From Takakia lepidozioides (Eukaryota > Plantae > Bryophyta): a DNA stretch of 64,000 bases. The position numbers and the translations under genes are program-made. The number at the start of each line of letters is the position of its first letter. The first letter of the stretch is position 1. The stretch lies in assembly GCA_030704615.1 (NCBI GenBank), contig CM060731.1:37634001-37698000 (forward strand), in the 5' to 3' direction. Of this stretch, positions 24,489 to 37,023 are shown piece after piece. Under the pieces are notes generated by a model. That model saw only the letters and a list, made by a program, of their open reading frames with translations. It searched no databases and was not told the origin of the DNA.

Positions 24489-25417
24489 TGTTGAAACACT
24501 AAGCTATTCATATTCAACTACATAGAACACCGGAGGTGTGGGTACATATATAGTGTTTGTCACAGAGATGGATAGAGAAAGAGATAGAGCAAGACCACAT
24601 GGTCACCACATGGGCCTTATCGCTAACTATAATGGAGCTGCAATTACTAAGGCATATGGTAGCCAGCCACTATCTAGAATCTTGCTGATCTATCGGCATA
24701 CAACATGGGTGTGTTAATTCCAATACCTAAGTGATCTAAATAGCTGCATAGTAATAGTGTATGTCCTCCACTATCCACTAGGTCTACGATCATGAGCCTG
24801 GGTATGGACTGCCTCAACACCCGCTCTCACACCCAGAACACTTTTCCTTCGTGGTTATCTCGAGCATCTCACAGATTATGGCCTGTGTAGGAAAGACCGC
24901 TCGCTCTGGTCCACAAATATTGAGAGAAAAGTCGGCTGTGTCCTTGAGTGAAAGACCAAAAGTTGACCCCCTTTGCCAGATTGATGAAGACTTGTCTATA
25001 GTGGTATGAATCAGGGATTGAGAGTTCTATGGACTATCCTACAGGAGCATACTGTTCTACTGGTTATACTTTACCCTATCCTATTTCTGATCCAGACAAG
25101 AAAGATCTACTAGTTAACATTCACGAGTAGAGCAAGTTGTCGTGCGCATACGTATCACTACACAACTACATCGCTGTCCAAACCACACCACACATATATG
25201 CACAATAAAGTAGTCTGCCACAATGATAGAACAAGCTAAGAGACACACTGTTCACACCAGAAACAACATGAAATCCATCGCTATCACTCGTTAAAACGGA
25301 AGTCGAGCTAGGGGCACCCCAAGCTGTGGGGACTCCACTCCACAACAACCTACATCGCTGTCCAAACCACACCACACATATATGCACAATAAAGTAGTCT
25401 GCCACAATCGCCCCCCT
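24489..25417 (-). mobile_element. Putative LTR remnant (TG...CA, ~918 bp) preceded by a polypurine tract
   Basis: On the minus strand aggggggcgat precedes TGTGGCAGAC (25406) and the segment ends ...TTTCAACA (24489). Its first ~60 bp are duplicated internally (~25165-25222 vs ~25347-25406). No partner LTR or TSD seen. Confidence 0.4.
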
Positions 25418-25757
25418 AGCTGGTGGATAGGTCCCTCTAACTCCAGATAGCTACAAGATGTAATAGCCACAGCCGTACTAAGTCCTCTATCACTGTCCCT
25501 ATTGCACTCAAACCCTATAGACCAAGAGGCCGGGTACAAGAGTAGCCCCATCGTTAGTCGCCGTCTTGCAATCTGTGAACTTGAGCCGCTTCATCTGCCT
25601 CATCTGCCGCTTTGGCGGTTTTCACATAAAAGTCCGAGATCACCAGACTTCATACATAAGTGCACAAAGGAGGCCCTTTGGATTGATGGCTGGTGAAACC
25701 CTGCTTGGGTGAATGGAGAGCTAGCTGCCATGATACGAGGTCAAGTACAATATAATG

Positions 25758-25879
25758 ATGTATGAGCAAATGCGTCGGGAAGGAGTGATGCCCACAATTT
25801 TACATTCATTTGCATTCTCAATGCGTGTCCCAGCCTGGCAGCCCTCGGAAAGGGCAAAGAGATACATGATGACATCATC
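25758..25879 (+). pseudogene. 5' fragment of the interrupted PLS-PPR gene
   Basis: MYEQMRREGVMP..FTFICILNACPSLAALGKGKEIHDDII (one frameshift), then an abrupt junction with the inserted element. Confidence 0.8.
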
Positions 25880-26712
25880 GGCGACACCCTCCCACTCGCA
25901 CTGGTTGTGAACCTTCAACCGCTGGAAATGCCTACAATTCAAATTCTTGCACATGAGGTGCCCATTGCACAGGCTTCTCCAAAAGACGAGGTTGTTATGA
26001 TTTTGAATATTGGATGTTTTCGTTCTGCACCACGGGTGTCCATCTCCTCTCTTGTCCATTCCCTGCATGAGGCTCGTGACGGGTCCATCCCGCGCAGGTG
26101 GAGGTAGCTCGAAGACGACATCCCTATCGTAAGCATCCGGCAGGAACTCCACACACTCAATAGGGACAGTCTCCCAGTCAATCCCCCACAATTCACTCTG
26201 GAAACCGGGCATTCCTCCCATTGACTTCAGTTTAGGAATGACACTGATGAGGTATGTCACTTACGGCTTCATGACCGGCGGTGTTTGCACATGAATTGGG
26301 ATGCTGGGAACGTCCTCGGAGGATGAGTCTGAGAGCTCAACTATTGGGGTGGAAGTAGTGGTCTTCATCTTCACAACGATATTCCTTTTCTCTTGAGCAA
26401 CAGAAGCAGCTGTTCCCGGGGAGACATACGAACCAATGGACTGCCGCCGAGGAGCTCCGACGACCCTGTATTTTCCTGGAGGCACTCTCCACTGACTACA
26501 AGAGAATTTTCATCCGGCTTCTGAAATGAGTACTTGATCAACTTCCCATGGACATCGTAAACCTCTCTTTCGAGGAAAACAATGCCAATCTGGTACTCGA
26601 AACACGTTGCCAGGAAATGTTCATGCGTAATTGCGTAACCATTGGAATCGGCATCCTTCGAGAAAGGGACAGGCTTCTCCATAGAGTAAAACTCCGCCTC
26701 AGACGAACCCAT
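25880..26712 (-). pseudogene. N-terminal part of a transposase-like protein with a GCM/WRKY-type Cys/His DNA-binding domain; truncated, with a frameshift (~26480) and a stop (26261)
   Basis: VEFLPDAYDRDVVFELPP...MQGMDKRGDGHPWCRTKTSNI...RSLCNGHLMCKNLNCRHF...NQCEWEG. The W..T.T.N / C-x-G-x3-C-x4-C pattern resembles GCM domains of MULE-related elements. Confidence 0.6.
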
Positions 26713-27328
26713 GGTGAAAGACAAATAATTATGAGGTAGACGGAGCTCGAAAGTGGAGAGGCCCACGACTTCCGTGGATTTCGTTCATCAATACCTGACA
26801 GACAGTTAAAGAGTCCTTGAAGAACAGTTGTGTAAACAGTTGTTAAAACAGGTGTCAAGCAGTTATGTGCCTGCCAACATCCAGTGCAAAAGACGACTGA
26901 GCCGGAAAATCTGGGATACAATGGTTGGAGAAATGTTTTCAGGCACGTGGGCCCAGACATTGCATTCATAGCACGGCTGCCAGAATGAGTGCAGAACCAA
27001 TGAGAAGTTCTGAACTGCCGCAATGCGCAAAATCAACTTGCACATGTATGGACATCGAATCTAGGGTATGGCCATACGGGCACAAGAGGTGATGGTGGCC
27101 AGTGCCAAATGCACAAATGTTCCTGTGCTACGTGGACACATCCCATGCATAACCGTCGCGAGCGATGCCCCACCGGCATCCCCTCGCACAACGTCTCTGG
27201 GCCCAACACATCCTCATTTTCAAGCTGGAGACTAGCAGGAGACTAAGTTCCCACAGAGAGAGTGGTAGGCGTAGAAGGCAGTTTTTTTTTTCACCTCAGC
27301 GCGAGAGAGGAAGAGGGCTAGAGAGAGA

Positions 27329-30300
27329 ATGAGAGGCCGCAAGCTAGATCTGACACTTCAAGAGATAGCAGAGGAGAGTTCGGCCCTGGAAACAGAACAA
27401 ATGACTGTGCAGGACCAGGCGGTTGGGCTGCCCAAGGAGGGGATGAAACACCATCAGAGAGTGACACAGAGGATATGGACATAGAGGAGCCCACCGCTGT
27501 TGCTAAGGAACCCATGCCAAAGGGGAAGAGTGTTGTTGAGAAGGAGGCGACACCGAAGAGGAATCAGGCTGCGCAAACGGATACTGCCGCTGCATCCAAG
27601 GCATCAGGGAGTGCTCCCCCAAAAGCACCACAGGTGATGATCTTCCTTCCTCTCTTTTGGTGCAGATTGAAGGGCATAAAAATTGCATGCGCTGACGCAC
27701 GCAATCTCTTCAGAGTTGAGTGAAGTAGATCAAGGTGAGTGTTCTGATAGTTACATGAGTGTTTTGCTAGTTTTTCCTTTACTCATTTCTTTTGTTCACT
27801 GAACAAGGAAGGGAGGCTATGTTTGGAGCAGGACCTTCAGAGCACCTCCAGAATTGCGTGCGTCAACGCACGCAATTTCTGGAGGTGCTCTGAACGCCAT
27901 GTTTTGCACTGAGCATCTCTAACTGCAACCATGAATAGAGGGAAATGGGCTGCATGATATCCGCTACAGCAAGCTCTACATGTCCCTAAGAGACCCTCAG
28001 AAATTGCGTGCGTCAACGCACTCAATTTCGGAGGGTGCTGTGATGGACATCCAGAGCTCTAAACAGATCTGAATGCCACGGTTTTGTTAGCACAAAATGA
28101 TCGTCTTAAATCCAAGAGTGACACTTCAGAGCACCCACCCAAATTGCGTGCGTTTACGCACGCAATTTCTGGGGTTGTTCTCAAGGACATTCTCCTGAGT
28201 CACTTCGAGATCAATGCACATGCATATCTTCAACTTGAATAGAGGATGCATAGTCTGTAGATGCTTCAGAAATGCGTGCATCAACGCACTCAATATGTGA
28301 CATTGCTTTTACATGGAGAATTTTTCTTTTTGAATGCAGGCGAAGAAAATGAGAGGTGCTCCCCTGGAGCAGGATGAAGATGAAGACCACAAACTTGTTG
28401 TTGTTGAGGAGGAAGACGATGGCAGGCCATACCAGGATAGGGCAAAAGATCTGTTGTCTTTCTCAAAAGTGAACTCAGCCCAAGTCATCAAGGCCATGGG
28501 CGTTCCTGGGGGAAATTAATGATCCCAATCTGCAGGTTGATCTCCATGTCGTTCATCCGACCAGCCCTCACGAATGACATTGCAAAGCTTGAACAGGATT
28601 TTTGCCATGGGTACGTAGAGGGTCAATCTGTGTTTTACGTTTCGTTGGGCGACGCCAACGGCAGGGAAGTTTTGGTGGACGAGACCATCGTTGGAGGCTG
28701 GGATCCAATATGGCGATGCATCAACGAGGAGTTTGAATCAATTATTTGCAAGAGGCTTGTTACACAGCCTTTCTCAAGCAAGATGTTCCATGTCTGGGAT
28801 GGCAACCACCGATTGCTTGCCTGGCAGAACATGATATCGAGGTATCATAGCACTGAGGAGGAGTGGCACTATTGTGTGGCCTCCATGGTGTTGGATCCCA
28901 AGAGAAACAACACTACGCTCTTGACAGCAATGCATGACGTGAACAAGTAAGTGTCTTTCCTTAAATAACCTGATTCTTTCTCGCATGTATGTGTTTGGGA
29001 ATCATATCAAACATGTGATGACATACCACTGCTTGTGGCAGGGGAATTGAAACCGCCCATGTTACAACGAACCTGGTACACACCCTGTTCAGGATCCAAA
29101 ATATTTGCCAAATGCCCCTCAACACATTCAAGAGCATCCTCAGCCCAGAAACCTTCGCGAAATGCCAGACCTCCAAAACGTCTGACACATGGTACAAGCT
29201 GACAAGGGGAGCATTCATGGAATACATGTACACGGTTAGTATATCATCACCAAGAACTTTCATTTTCTAGTACAATTCAAATTATTCTGTTATCTTATTT
29301 GTGATTGGTTTTTGCAGCAAGAGATAGCAGAGGCTGGGGAGAGGGCTAAAGCATAGTACTACTTCAAAACCCCTGAGGGGATGAGAACATCGAAGGGAGT
29401 AGCTGAAGCAATGAAGTTAAAGATGAATGAGACTCGAAAGAAGATCATGAGCGCCTTTGTGAAACAACTGAGAATAGCAGACCCTGCCTTTGGGCCTCAA
29501 TTCTTGAACGAGGTGAGGAACCATTGGAACAACAACACCAAGCCAGAGATGACACAGGAAAAGCTGCATCGCTTGTCAACTGCAGTGGTGGATTCCGAGC
29601 AGAAATTTAATTGGTTGGAGATTTAGAATTCTGACCCAACAGTGAATGACACACAAAAGAAAGACGTACTGGAGGCCAGGTAATCTGTTGTGGACTGTCT
29701 TTTCTTGAATTTACAGAAGGATCTTCCATGGTATGGACTCTAACATTTTGGATTGCGTCTTTTGACAGATTGAAGCTCGTGCAAACCAGGTGTTGGAGAA
29801 GCAGCTAAATGCTTACAAGATGACGATGACCTTGCCTGAAGATACTCTGAAGGATTACTTGAGACAGTGGAAGGCGACAACGTGGAGTAACTGTTTCTTC
29901 AGAGAGTTTGCCAGGGAGGGGGGCATATCCCGCACAAAAGAGTTCGAGCAGCAGTTCAGAGCCGAGAGAGCCATGAAAAGGGTCTTGTACAGGTGGGTCA
30001 TTTGAACTAAGCAAGTTCATCTTCTTCCTTTATGGCCCTCCAAAATTGCGTGTGTCAGCGCACTCATTTTTGGAGGGCTGGATCTCTGGACTGTTTTCCC
30101 TATGTCTCATTCAATGCAGGCTCGTTTCTTGGAGACCCACTGCCTATCTGGTTGTTTTTTCATGTTATGAGTTCTTGTTGTCTGACCTCTACCTTCAATT
30201 GTCTTCTGACGTTTATTAAGTTGTTTTCCCATTGTGTGCATGTTTGTCAACTTTTATTGGACCCCTACAAATGTGTGCGTTGACGCACACAGATTTCAGG

Positions 30301-32034
30301 GGCCACACATCATGTAGTTTCTCCTCCACTTTCTGATATTGTGCCTGCATTGTTCTGTAGGTATATCAAGAACGTTCTGATTCATGGGAACAACCTCAGC
30401 AAGTACCCAGGCTTCATCGACTTGTGGGCTGACTCCTCCAACAGCCATACCATGTACACTGTAGCAATCCTCAGGGATTACGGTAGATATCACCTCAAGG
30501 ACTGCTGCTGGTATCTTGACATACCCAAATCAGATTGCCCATGGTATGAGTTGCACACATGAACCAGAATGACAATGCGGAGTCCTTGGCTCCTCTAACA
30601 GACAGGGAACTGCATGACAGAAACCTGCGAAACCTTGCTAAAAAAGAACCTGCAGCCATTAACACTCCGGCGAGAGGGAAGGGGAAGGGAAAGGGCACAA
30701 AGGACAAAGGGAAGGAGAAGAGCGCCCAAGGGGATGCTGCAGTAGGTGTTGGTTCCCAGACCCCAATTGCAACCAAGGATCGCAAACGCAAGGGGAAGTT
30801 TGAGCCATACGACGCAGTTGAGCACCCATCCCGAATCAACCGAGAATGCAGATGTGAGCTTGTGAACGACTCCTTCCTTGCCATGATGGAGACTATGAAA
30901 GGTGGTAACACTGGAGATCCCTCTCCAACGTGGGTTAAGATGAGTGCATTTCTGGAGTCGGTAAGCAAATTTCCCATCTTCACTGTTGCAAATTTCCCAC
31001 CTTTACTGTTGCAAATTTCCCATCTTAGATGTGGTTTGATTGTTGACATTCCGGATGGGCAGGCGGTACCAAACATTCTCCCCACTGACACTTGCCCAAC
31101 CTGGAATGCATTTGACAAAAGGTACTGGCGGTGGGTCTTCTCTTTTTGCAAGTTCTTTTTTGTCGGATGGAGGGGTTCTGGTGATGATTCAGTCCATCAC
31201 TATGAAATGCCATCGGGAGATTTCAAGCTATCTGAAGGCCTCGGGGATGAAGATCATCAAAACGTGGAATTGTGTGAACAGCCTGTACCTGACAAAGGGT
31301 GACTGCCCGGGACAAATGGTAATCCTCCTTCTCTTTCCTGCTTCAATTTGATTGCAATTTGGCCCCTCCGGAACTGAGTGTGTTGACGCACTCAATTCCG
31401 GATGGTGCAATCGCTCTCATCTGAGTGGGATTTTGAATCAGATCTTATTTGATTCGTGATGTCTTCTTGAGCAGACCCGCCTTTTTGAAGCCGTGTGCCT
31501 CGTCAGGATTCGCCCAACATCCACTCCTGGGTTAGTGAAGGAATTTAGGCTTCATGGGGGAGGCTGTTTTATCAACGACAGGTTTGATCATGTGGTGGAC
31601 GACATTCACTACAACTACGTGGATTCTAATGTGTGTTTGAGAAAGTCCAATTCCACACCATGGAGAGGGGCGAAGGAGAAGAGCCCAGCTTTTATTCAGA
31701 CAATTATAGAGACATGCTCTCATCCGGGGTCGCGCATCGTGGACCTCACTCTTGGGACAGGTTAGACCCCGATCAATCTTTGGTGTTCTCTTCTTGTTGC
31801 AGAGTTTGTAAAACCTTGCTAACAGTACAACGTCTTGCAGGCGCTTCGTACCATGCTTGCAAGGCTGGGGGCAGGCATTTGTTTGGTATGGAAGGGGATG
31901 CAGATATTTTCAATGACATCATTGCAGGCTTGCAAAGGCCAGCCCCTGCCGTCCAGGAACAGGAGGGTACAGCGCTTGTGGATATCAACGAAGGGGACGA
32001 CAAAGACCTGGACGACGATTTCGCATATGAGTAA
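27329..32034 (+). pseudogene. Spliced gene encoding a ParB/Srx N-terminal domain + helical region + beta-class amino (N6A/N4C) DNA methyltransferase domain. Exons approx. 27329-27633, 28340-28946, 29042-29233, 29318-29679, 29769-29993, 30361-31318, 31475-31760, 31841-32034. Several frameshifts and stops
   Basis: ParB-like: MIPICRL...IRPAL..DIAKLEQDF...FHVWDGNHRLLAW. MTase in beta order: LIVDIPDG (motif IV position), LSDGGVLVMI (VI), WRGAKEKSPAFIQTIIETCSHPGSRIVDLTLGTG|ASYHACKAGGRHLFGMEGD (VIII/X, I, II). A GT-AG intron 31761-31840 splits the GTG/AS SAM-binding loop in frame. Confidence 0.8.
27681..31403. repeat. Eight dispersed palindromic/hairpin motifs, core AATTGCGTGCGT-NN-ACGCACGCAATT, all within introns of the ParB-MTase gene
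   Basis: Copies at ~27681-27705, 27836-27894, 27993-28036, 28125-28184, 28270-28295, 30035-30078, 30259-30304 and 31366-31403. Confidence 0.9.
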
Positions 32035-33535
32035 GTTGAAATTTTGTATGAATCTTCGTTCTCGAACACAACCCCCCACCATTTCCTTGTCTTCTATGTT
32101 CGCTAATGCATTGCGTTCACGTTGGTTGTCAGGATATTGGAAGCTATTCCTTTGCACAACGTCTGTGTTTTCAATCCGACTTCTGGTGAAGCCCTCCACG
32201 TTCGTACATCCTACCAGAGTACGCTGAGGCCATTGCTCGACAACAGTTGTTGAACAAATCTCCCCCGTGTGCTCGCAAGCAGAAAAGGCACCTAGGAGCT
32301 CGGGTTTTCGTGGATGATAGTGCTACAGTTTCAGGGGATAGTTGTAGTGATTGAGACCATGCATAGTCCGGTTTTGGTTCTGGGCATGTGGCAAGTGCCA
32401 CACCTATTGTGTTCCCACACATTTATGTAAACAATTCCTGCATTACATGCCTGGTAATGTCGTTGAACGCTCGTTCCTCAATTTCAAGGCTTGTATGCAT
32501 TTGCAAATATGACTTCTGTCTGTATTTATGTCTTCATTTCGCATCACTCTGTCATTTTTGCATGAGCTAACGTTTTAGGTGCAAGCCTTATGGCTGCAAT
32601 AGGTATGCACTATTGGCTTCAGCGCTAGATGAAGGGCACGACACTGATGCCTAACATTGGTTATGGGTCAAATAGGAAGAGTACGCATGTGCTGCCAAGT
32701 GTTTTCGTCAAAATTTTGTTGCACAATGTGAAAGACCTCGAACTCATCATGCACAACTTTAATGGGTATGCTTACAACTAATGAATAAGCTTGAAAATGT
32801 TGGTGCTCTATTGAGAGATATTGGCACATTGTACCGCACTAGCAAGGCGACCAGGTCGCATTGACAGTCCACAACCACTTCAGTGTGGTGATATGATGCG
32901 TTCCTCCAGTGTGGTGCTCAAATGGCTCGCTATGTGTCGACACTGAAGTGGGAAAACAAAGTGAAGCGTGCTGCACATGGAAAATGCTCCAGTAGTAACC
33001 AGTGGGAAAATATCAAAGAATGGAATATGTGCCTGGCATCTGCTGTGTTGTCTTATTCTACATAGGTTTCATCGGTCCACCTTTCCCCAAATGTCAGACA
33101 TTGGTTAAATCTTATCATGTGCTTCATGAGGGATTTTCTCATTGTACATTCATCCACTCTCATTCATCCAGTAGATTTCATCCACATTTGCACCGTGGCA
33201 TCCACATTCACTGTCTATCATCCTCATGAATTCATCCACAACCATTGTCTATTCGGTCTCTGCAAACACAATCATTCAACAACACCGCCCACATATGTTC
33301 CCTTCGTGCCGAATGCGCAATTCCGCGGCTATGGGCCCCCTTCTACCTTTTCGGCCCGCATTTATAGGTCGTTGCCTATGTAAATGACGTCAACCTGCCG
33401 TGACATGGTGTCTACCAAGTTGGCAGGATGTGATGACGTGGAGTCAGACGCGGCCGCCTAGGTGGCAAGAAGTGCTGACGTGGCGTGAGCGTGGCTGTGC
33501 TCACACGCTCACATGCTCACGCTTCAGCATCCCCC

Positions 33536-34812
33536 TGATTGGGGGATGTGTTCAGCATGGATATGGAAGAGAGGCTTCTGAGATGTATGAGAAAATGATA
33601 TGGGAAGGTGTGACGCCCAACATCGTTACTTTCATATGCGCTTTCAATGCGTATACCATTGTTGGAGTCTTGGAAAAGGGCAAAGCAGTCTATGCACACC
33701 AAGTGTTTGAATTTGACTGAACGAAATGCGGTCTCATGGAGTACAATGATTGATGGATATGTGAAGCATGGGTGTGGTAGGGAGGCTTTGAGAATCTATG
33801 AGCAAATGAGACATGCAGGGGTGATGCCCAATGTGGTCACATTCATTTGTGTTCTCAATGCGTGTGCCAGCCTGGCGGTCTTGGAAAAAGGCAAAGAGGT
33901 CCATGCTCACATAATCAAAGCTGGAGTTGCATCAGATAGTATTGGAGACGACCCTTCTTGATATGTATGCCAAATGTGGGAGCATGGAGGATGCATGTCA
34001 AGTCTTTGACAGTATGGCACAACAAAATTTGGTCTCATGGAATGCGATGATCGCAGGATATGCTCAGCATGGGTGTGGTAGGGAGATCCTCTAACTATTT
34101 GGACAAATACAACAGGAAGGCTTGACACCAGACATCACCACCTTTACATGCGTTCTCTCTGCTTGTAGCCATGTGGGCCTAGTGGATGCAGGCCATCACT
34201 ACATCTGTTCCGTCGAGATCACGGCCTCAGTCCTACATTGGAGCATTTTGGCTGCATTGTGGACCTTCTTGGTCGTGCAGGGCGACTAGAGGAGGCAGTT
34301 TGACTTCATCAATAACATGCCATTTGAACCAGATGCCGCGGTTTGGGGGGCCTTGCTTGGTGCCTGCAGAATTCATGGGAATGAAAAGCTAGATGAACAT
34401 GCGGCAAAGTGTCTTCTCAAGTAGGATCCACAAGATGCTGGAGTTTATGTGCTGCTATCAAACATCTATGCTGCAGCAGGCATGGTAGAGTACACGTGAA
34501 AAAATTGATGCATGACAGAGGTGTCAGAAAGGAGCCAGGGCGTAGCTGCATTGAGGTAGACAACCAGGTGCATACATTTGTTGTAGAAGACAGCCACAAA
34601 TTAAGGAATTCCATGCTGAGCTGAAGAAATTGTCTTAGCAAATGAAGGAAGCTGGGTATATGCTTGACAGACGATCTGTATTTTATGATGCTAAGGAGCA
34701 AAAGGAATTTGCACTTTGCCAACACAGTGAAAAGTTGGCTACTACTTTTGGACTGATCAGCACACCACCTGGGATTCCTATCCATGTCATAAAAAATCTT
34801 CGGGTGTGTAAT
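33536..34812 (+). pseudogene. 3' part of a PLS-class PPR-E/E+/DYW RNA-editing-factor pseudogene
   Basis: VSWSTMIDGYVKHG, VTFICVLNACAS, DMYAKCGSMEDA, VLSACSHVGL, RKEPGRSCIEVDNQVHTF, HSEKLATTFGLISTPPG..KNLRVC. Many frameshifts and stops; the DYW domain is incomplete. Confidence 0.9.
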
Positions 34813-35054
34813 AATTGATGGGGTTTGTTCTTCTGGTGAAACAAAGATTGTGCGAGAAAGGGCCTTGTTACCAATTTGGGGACGGGCGGTGGCAACTTTT
34901 TGGAAGCTAGGAGCAAAGTTGGAAGAAAGTTTGCTTTGCTGGAATCAACAGTCACTACTGCTTGTCAGATGATCCTCATTTACACATGATTGTCACAACT
35001 ATGGCCACAAGGGTTCGGCAAATAAAGTCTTATGGGTACATTGTGTAATGAAGT

Positions 35055-35450
35055 TAGGCATAAACCTTCCCTGAACTTGTTCCCAGTCTGCGACATGGGT
35101 GAGGTCCTAAAGATGATCTGAAGGGCAAATACCCATACTCGGCACTAGATTGAAATTCAAGCTCAGAGTGCTACCTTTGAACAACAAACAGATGCAGAGA
35201 GGAAAGGAAGATTATAAGTGCCCAATGTGCAGGCATCCCGGAGTCAATATCCATTTTCTCATACATTGTCGGGGTATTCTCACCAGAGAGTGACCTTCTT
35301 CAGGTCCATCAAGGACATCATTCCTGCACCTCTGTTCACCAACTTTGAAAACCTCGAGGCTGAGCCTAAAGCCCTGGCCCTGTTGGGTTCTAATTGCTGG
35401 GCAACTCACACACAGCAGATTGATGCTAGTGTGAAGGGCTTTCTGGAGGG
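35055..35450 (+). mobile_element. LINE family B C-terminal fragment
   Basis: Matches the reverse complement of ~18300-18700 (ttaggcataaac..ccctgaact...; TRLKF...CP.C...IHFLIHC). Confidence 0.75.
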
Positions 35451-37023
35451 CTTTTCTGGCCTTCCTACAACACGGATGAGGATCAGGAACTTATGACACT
35501 CACTAAAGTTCAAAAAGAGTTCATTAGGACAAGAAATTGCTCACAATTGAAATGATACTTTATAACGTCCGCAGAAAGCTCAAAGAGCTTATGGGACGAG
35601 AAAGAATGAAACAAGAAAGAGAGGAGGGATGCTACAACCCCCACAAATCAGCACCTGCTTTAGGGAACCCTGGCAGATCAGAGGAATCTTACCCATCCAC
35701 CTTGCCATTCAAACTTCCTATGTTACAAAAGAGCACACTGATAGGTCTTCACCACAAAAGACATGCATAAGAGCGGAGATAGGCTTCAGATATAACAAAG
35801 ACAACTACCCATTTGCAAGCAGTCTCACATGGAATGCTAAGGTGAGTACAGAGACACTGATACCAGCTCAAAGTTGAGGGCTATGGAGTCCTTCCTTTGT
35901 CAAACATGTTTGTTGAAATGCTGCTTGTCAGCAAAGTGAATGCAAGGGAGAGAAGCCTCCCAAGGTGGCAACCAGAACATTCCCTAATTACTCAGTTGGC
36001 ACAGAGAACCTTAATGCATAAGAGTTATCAACACAAACAATTGGCAGGGAGAAAGACATCAAGCACAAAGCTTGTACTGCTTTTGGTGCCTCAAATGGTT
36101 CCTTGATGCACCTACTGATCGTATTGAAACTACTGTACCAATCCATGTAGGTTCTCATAATATCAGTGATATTGTGATAGGGCACAAGTACACTTGGAGT
36201 ACTCCAAGCTTCATGTCATCCTTGACCAATCCCAGTACACTAATATGGACATTATGATAGTGACCCTCGGAGAGGATTATTACAACTATGAGAGGGCCAA
36301 CTCAGGTCCCAAACATCCAGAGGAGACATCAATTTCTTTGGAACAGCCAACAAACAAAACAACCAGCAACATATGCTATGGTCTCAGAAAGAATATGATG
36401 CAAAGTTGTCCAGAAATTTAACTTCAGCACTACCAATAGACAGTGCAGCCAGGCAAAATTTTGACCATTTGGCACCTAAAAATAATATTGGTTGAAATCC
36501 ACCGATCTTTGGCTTAAACTGGGGATGTTTCAGCCTACTAGAATTTAGTCCACTGGCTTGAATCTGGAGATACTACTAAAATTTGAGGATGTTCCAACTG
36601 CATGCATGGATGAACTAACTATGTCACAGCCACAAGCTCTACTTAACCGGACAAATTAATTATATGCTCGCTATTTGTAATACAGAACAGGGATGACAGA
36701 AGAAAGAAGATCATCTGCGTTCAAGGGAGGAGAATCAACTGCAAGATAGGATTGGGTGAAGTTTAAAGCGATTGCAGGGATAGAGAAAGAAAGAATCCTC
36801 CTTAACCGTTTCATCTTAGTTTTGGCAATGAGGTACCAAATCAGAGTCCCCACAAGATACTAGATCTCCCAGAGAAAGAGGAACTCAGATGAAGATTGCC
36901 TTATGGATCACAAACAGCCACCAAAATTTTGACAGGGAAATTCTTCTGTCTAATCTCTGAGAGAGGTCAGACAAAGCACCAGGGAGATAAAAAAAACAAT
37001 GAGGTGGAATTGGAGAGTGGTTG

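Larger units (their letters stand above)
25880..33535. mobile_element. Left-truncated DNA transposon-like element carrying a GCM-like gene (-) and a ParB-methyltransferase gene (+)
   Basis: Lies between two pieces of one PPR gene. The right end is structured (GTGAGCGTG/CACGCTCAC inverted repeat, ending ...AGCATCCCCC). The left junction cuts the GCM-like ORF. No TSD because the left end is missing. Confidence 0.7.

Noticed and set aside
30961-31028. 23-bp triple repeat that could be a small GT-AG intron just before MTase motif IV
   Set aside because: The ORF reads through it and splicing it out breaks the frame in this copy. It cannot be resolved without an intact copy.
27329-32034. Bacterial or phage contamination as the source of the ParB-MTase
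   Set aside because: The gene has spliceosomal introns (one within the SAM-binding motif) and is embedded in a plant PPR pseudogene.
32590-33066. Possible decayed third ORF in the ParB-MTase element (YALLASALDEGH...)
   Set aside because: Five stops in about 155 codons is close to random expectation, and there is no recognisable motif.
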